A stretch of DNA of 64,000 bases from a virus (lineage: Duplodnaviria > Heunggongvirae > Uroviricota > Caudoviricetes): the IMG/VR virus record IMGVR_UViG_3300008108_000006, one strand, 5' to 3'. The notes under the pieces were generated by a model. The model was not told where the DNA came from. It saw nothing but the letters and a program-made list of their open reading frames with translations, and searched no databases. A program made the position numbers and the translations under genes. Shown in pieces: positions 59,680-64,000 of the stretch. Within the stretch, counting starts at the first letter, position 1. Every line of letters begins with the position of its first letter.

Positions 59680-60479
59680 GAATTATTGTATTAGGTAGTA
59701 CTGGCATGTTAGGGACATATGTGAGAAATTATTTTAATTCAAAATACAAAGTAATAAATATTAGTAGAAAAGATTTTGACTTTAATCAAAATAATGAAAG
59801 TGATGTTATCGACTTTTTAGTCGGATTAGTTGATGAGAGTTCAGTTATAATAAATTGTGCCGGGATTATTAAACAACGAAATTACGAATTAAAGGAATTA
59901 ATAAAAATAAATTCTTTATTACCTAATCTACTTTATGAAGTGAAAAAAATTGTAGGTTGTAAAATAATCCACATTACCACTGATTGTGTTTACGACGGAT
60001 TAAAGGGTGATTATAATGAAAATGATATACATACATGTAATGATGATTATGGGAGATCTAAATCATTAGGAGAAAATAAAAACTTAACAATAATAAGAAC
60101 TTCAATCATTGGTGAAGAATTATTTAATAAACATTCATTAATTGAGTGGGTTAAATCAAATAAAAATGGAACCATTAATGGTTATCTTAATCATTTTTGG
60201 AACGGTGTTACATGTTTAGAACTTTGTGAATTTATTAATCAGATGATTATTAACAACGATTTTTGGGTTGGGATTAAACACATTTTAACAGAAAAATCCA
60301 TTTCTAAATATGAGTTATTAACTTATATTAATGACATATTCAATTTAAATATTAATATAATAAAAACAAATACTGATACCGATTGTTATAGAAATTTATC
60401 AACAGTCTATCCTGATGGTATTATTAAAAAATCACTATACCACCAAATAAAAGAACTATATAATTTTAAAATAAAATAA
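59676..60479 (+). CDS. RmlD-like NDP-sugar 4-reductase/epimerase
   Basis: LGSTGMLG, INCAG, HITTDCVY, YGRSKSLGE, RTSIIG. Confidence 0.85.
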   Translation: MRIIVLGSTGMLGTYVRNYFNSKYKVINISRKDFDFNQNNESDVIDFLVGLVDESSVIINCAGIIKQRNYELKELIKINSLLPNLLYEVKKIVGCKIIHITTDCVYDGLKGDYNENDIHTCNDDYGRSKSLGENKNLTIIRTSIIGEELFNKHSLIEWVKSNKNGTINGYLNHFWNGVTCLELCEFINQMIINNDFWVGIKHILTEKSISKYELLTYINDIFNLNINIIKTNTDTDCYRNLSTVYPDGIIKKSLYHQIKELYNFKIK

Positions 60480-61396
60480 TGATAACAACAAACTTAACAG
60501 GTAATTTAGGTAATCATATGTGGCAATATGCGGTTTGCAGAACTGTTGCTGAAAAATTAGAATATGAGTGGGGAATTAATTCATCACCATCTTATGATTA
60601 CCATAATGGTGCAAATCAAATGTATTTCATGGATGTTGATTTTGGTAAAGATGTTACCGGAACATTTACAGATTTTCATGAAAATTGGGTTACATATAAC
60701 GGTGTTGGGGAAATAGTTAATATAACACCGATGGATCCAAACGTTTGGAATATACTCGATAACACTCGGTTAATAGGTCATAATGGTGCGTTTGGGGGGA
60801 TATATCAATCAGAAAAATACTTTCAGGATAATAGTGAAAAAGTAAAAACTTGGTTTAATATTAAACCAGAATACAGTATAGAATACAATAAAGTATTAAG
60901 TGATCTAAATATTATCTTAGATGATGATACTTGTGTTATAAATTTTAGAGGTGGGGAATATAGGAGTATTAGAAATGTTTTATGCCAACAAAAATATTGG
61001 GCAGACTCAATTTCACATATGAGAACTATCAATCCTAATATGAAATTTATTGTGGTTACTGACGATGTTGAATTCGCCCGAAACTATTTACCAATCAACA
61101 CAACTATTTTACATAGGGATATCGGATTTGATTTTTTTGTCGTTAACCAAGCCAAGTGGTTGATAATATCAAACTCAACATTTGGTTGGTGGGCGGCATG
61201 GTTAAACGATCAATGTAAAAAAATAATCGCACCAAAATATTGGGCATCCCATAATAATAGTGACGGTTATTGGTCTGTAGGTGAAAGTTATACAAAAGGA
61301 TTTGAATATATGGGTAGAGACGGCATGTTATATGATTATAACACCTGTAAAACCGAATCTGAAGAGTATTGTATTACACATAACTTATTATCATAA
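60479..61396 (+). CDS. Second GT11 fucosyltransferase-like protein
   Basis: GNLGNHMWQYA, NFRGGEY, VTDD, ISNSTFGWWAAWL. Confidence 0.8.
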   Translation: MITTNLTGNLGNHMWQYAVCRTVAEKLEYEWGINSSPSYDYHNGANQMYFMDVDFGKDVTGTFTDFHENWVTYNGVGEIVNITPMDPNVWNILDNTRLIGHNGAFGGIYQSEKYFQDNSEKVKTWFNIKPEYSIEYNKVLSDLNIILDDDTCVINFRGGEYRSIRNVLCQQKYWADSISHMRTINPNMKFIVVTDDVEFARNYLPINTTILHRDIGFDFFVVNQAKWLIISNSTFGWWAAWLNDQCKKIIAPKYWASHNNSDGYWSVGESYTKGFEYMGRDGMLYDYNTCKTESEEYCITHNLLS

Positions 61397-61477
61397 GTAT
61401 ATCCGTAAATTAACACTTGTTTTCGTATTTGATTTTTCTTACTATTAACAGTAACGTTAAAATATTGATTAAAAAAT

Positions 61478-62380
61478 ATGAAGATCTATGACAGTTTTTT
61501 ATTCTTTAATGAACTTGATTTATTAGAGATTAGATTAAATATGGTATATCCAATAGTGGACCATATAATTATTAGTGAGTGTGATACCACATTTTCAGGT
61601 TTAAAGAAACCATTTTACTTTGAGGAAAACAAGAAGAATTTTGAACCCTTTTTAGATAAAATAATACATCTAAAACATACAAATGTTGACGATTATAATG
61701 TCGTTGAGGTTAGTTACCCCGGTAAGGATGAACCCATGTTTCATGAGATATTAACACATTATAAACGAAATATCCCTGAGTTTGGTGGTTTACCAAATTG
61801 GCATAGAGATTTCCTACATAGAGAATTGGTTAAAATGGGTATGAAAGATTGTGATGATGAAGATATTATAATTTTTAGCGATTTAGATGAAATACCTAAC
61901 CCTGTTAAAGTTATGGAAATTTTAAACACTATGGACTTAGAAAAGAATTATTGTTTGTTAGGTGATTGTCACAATTTTTATGTTAATAATATTTGTCACA
62001 CAAATTGGTATGGCCCTGTTATTACCAAATTTAAGAATTTGAGAGGTAAATCAATTGGTGAATTCCGATTACAAAGATATAATTTTGAATTGATTGAGGA
62101 TTCTTCTTGGCATTTAAGTTTTGTTGGTGGTCCTGATAGAATTAAAACTAAGATAGTTAGTTGGGGTCATCAGGAATTTAACAATCCTGAGATCATAAAT
62201 GGGGTGACTAATAAATTAGACACCAATAGAGATTTATTTAATAGGACAAATAACACATATAAGGATTCTAAACAAATTTTTTTCTTTGAAAAGATGAAAA
62301 CCATTAATATAAATGGTTATTATCCTGAAGATATTGTTATCTTAATAGAAGATAAATTTCCTTATTTAATTAAAAAATAA
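61478..62380 (+). CDS. GT17 (beta-1,4-GlcNAc transferase-like) glycosyltransferase
   Basis: YDSFLFFNELDLLEIRL, TFSG..KP, SDLDEIP, WHLSF, K..SWGH.E. Confidence 0.8.
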   Translation: MKIYDSFLFFNELDLLEIRLNMVYPIVDHIIISECDTTFSGLKKPFYFEENKKNFEPFLDKIIHLKHTNVDDYNVVEVSYPGKDEPMFHEILTHYKRNIPEFGGLPNWHRDFLHRELVKMGMKDCDDEDIIIFSDLDEIPNPVKVMEILNTMDLEKNYCLLGDCHNFYVNNICHTNWYGPVITKFKNLRGKSIGEFRLQRYNFELIEDSSWHLSFVGGPDRIKTKIVSWGHQEFNNPEIINGVTNKLDTNRDLFNRTNNTYKDSKQIFFFEKMKTININGYYPEDIVILIEDKFPYLIKK

Positions 62381-62386
62381 AAAAAT

Positions 62387-64000
62387 ATGAAAAAAATAGT
62401 GGTAATCGGTGGATTAGGTTACATCGGAACTGAACTTTGTAAATTACTATCAGGAGAATCTTGGTATCATAACATCATAGTAATTGATAGTCGGTTCATG
62501 TCAGATAAAGTAAGACAGATTAGAGATTGGGGTATGGAGTTTATCCAAGGGTCTATCTTAGATGAAGATTTACTATCTAACGTTTTAAAAGATTCTGACA
62601 TTGTGTATCATTTAGCCGGAATAACTGATGTCGCATATACTAAAACTGAAAGTAATAAAGAAAAAGATGATGAGATCAAACGAGTTGGTATTGATGGAAC
62701 GCGTAATGTTATTAAACATACACCAAAAAACGCAAAAATCATTTTCCCATCAACTCACGTTGTTTATGAAGGGTTTGAAACGACAATGTTTGATTTGGAG
62801 GAATCAGTACCAACTAAACCTGTTTTAACATACTCTACAGGTAAAGATGTATCAGAAAAAGATCTATTCACATCCGATAAAAACTTCATAATAATGAGAT
62901 TATCATCGGTTTATGGGTTATCTAGTGATACAATGAGAACTAACATTATGCCTAATTTATTCTCAAAAATAACATCACAAAATGGAGTCATTAAATTGTT
63001 TTCAGGTGGAATACAAATTAAAAGCCTAGTTTCGGTATTTGATGTCGTTAGAGCAATGAAACACTTATCAGAGTCTAATTACAACCGAGAAATTTTCCAT
63101 ATATCAAAAGAAAATGTTACGATAAAATCAGTTGCTGAAATATGTAAAAAAATAAACCCGAAGGTCTCAATAATAGAGACTGAGGACGAGATCCCTAATT
63201 TAGGATACACCATATCCAATAAAAAGTTATTATCAACAGGATTTGAATTTAAGTATAATTTAGAAACTTGTATAAAAGAAATGATTAATTCTTGGTCAAA
63301 AAAAGATTTATTGGATGACTTAGAATTTAAACTTAAAGGTGGTAAAGAATTTATTGACGATAGGGGTAAAATATTAAACTATGAATTAACAGAACCTATA
63401 AATCTTATAGGTTATATTGAATCAAAAAAAGGTACAATTAGAGCAAATCACTACCATCCTGTACAAGAACAAAAATGTTTATTAATTAAAGGAAAATATA
63501 TCAGTGTTACAAAAAATCTTATGGATGAAAATTCCATAATAGAAACTAGAATTATTAATGAAGGTGATATCGCGGTAATTAAACCGAATGTTGCACACAC
63601 TATGGTTTTTACCGAAGATTCTATTTTTCTTAATTTAGTTAGAGGTGAAAGAGAACATGAAAATTACGGGATAACTCACACAATACCGTATAAATTAGTT
63701 GATGATAAACTACGAGATATTTTACTCAATAACTATAAAATGGAGTGTAGATCTTGCGGGAACACCGAAATGTTAGATGTAATTTCACTTGGTTTATCAC
63801 CATTGGCTAATAATTTAATAAACAATACGTCAGATGACATTTCAAAATATCCTTTAGAATTAAAACACTGTGAGAAGTGTTTCAATACCCAACTATCTTG
63901 TGTTGTTGAACAAGAAAAGATGTTTGATGAATATTTGTACTTGTCATCAACCACTAATTCATTTAAAGATCATTTTAACATTGCCGCTGAAAAATATATT
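62387..64000 (+). CDS. Fusion of SDR epimerase + cupin isomerase + sugar C-methyltransferase (truncated at the right edge)
   Basis: One frame from ATG 62387: GGLGYIG/HLAG/YSTGK; from ~63350 FIDDRG...IRANHYHP; from 63746 CRSCG..SLG..PLANN..YPL...CEKC...QL. Frame continuity checked by coordinate arithmetic. Confidence 0.8.
   Translation, partial: MKKIVVIGGLGYIGTELCKLLSGESWYHNIIVIDSRFMSDKVRQIRDWGMEFIQGSILDEDLLSNVLKDSDIVYHLAGITDVAYTKTESNKEKDDEIKRVGIDGTRNVIKHTPKNAKIIFPSTHVVYEGFETTMFDLEESVPTKPVLTYSTGKDVSEKDLFTSDKNFIIMRLSSVYGLSSDTMRTNIMPNLFSKITSQNGVIKLFSGGIQIKSLVSVFDVVRAMKHLSESNYNREIFHISKENVTIKSVAEICKKINPKVSIIETEDEIPNLGYTISNKKLLSTGFEFKYNLETCIKEMINSWSKKDLLDDLEFKLKGGKEFIDDRGKILNYELTEPINLIGYIESKKGTIRANHYHPVQEQKCLLIKGKYISVTKNLMDENSIIETRIINEGDIAVIKPNVAHTMVFTEDSIFLNLVRGEREHENYGITHTIPYKLVDDKLRDILLNNYKMECRSCGNTEMLDVISLGLSPLANNLINNTSDDISKYPLELKHCEKCFNTQLSCVVEQEKMFDEYLYLSSTTNSFKDHFNIAAEKYI

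Noticed and set aside
62628-63954. Track ORFs 62628..62828 and 63733..63954
   Set aside because: Both lie inside the long fusion gene starting at 62387.
1-64000. tRNA, rRNA, IS elements or integrase
   Set aside because: None was recognised by eye, and the intergenic gaps are short. A covariance-model scan was not possible.

Overview
This AT-rich 64-kb window is part of a large, T4-like contractile-tailed (jumbo-type) phage genome read in the standard genetic code. The host is probably Bacteroidota: a TTG-N20-TATCTTTG promoter precedes DNA polymerase, and ATGs have A/T-rich leaders without Shine-Dalgarno sequences. From left to right it holds: a RecA/UvsX recombinase (partial) and a gp32-like SSB; a baseplate-tail-neck module (hub, LysM wedge, OmpA-containing baseplate protein, tape-measure-like protein, chaperone with a probable +1 frameshift, tube, HAD protein, sheath, tail terminator, head closure); a SNF2 helicase; five tandem paralogous cassettes; SOD; a neck protein; family-B DNA polymerase; an RHH+HNH pair; fibre-like genes followed by four glycosyltransferases; a late operon with a WYL protein; an exonuclease and dUTPase; and a ~20-kb glycan biosynthesis cluster running off the right end. 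The standout feature is at 25005-26760. Each of the five ~350-bp cassettes consists of a TATTTAT late-promoter motif, a conserved ~82-codon ORF, a 36-nt hairpin resembling type VI-B (Cas13b) CRISPR repeats, a unique 30-nt spacer (36 nt in one copy) and a degenerate second repeat. No cas gene is present in the window. Two spacers contain in-frame stops, suggesting that the variable part acts as RNA. This is a candidate protein-plus-guide-RNA or CRISPR-mimic system. All family calls come from motif recognition by eye; no database searches were run.
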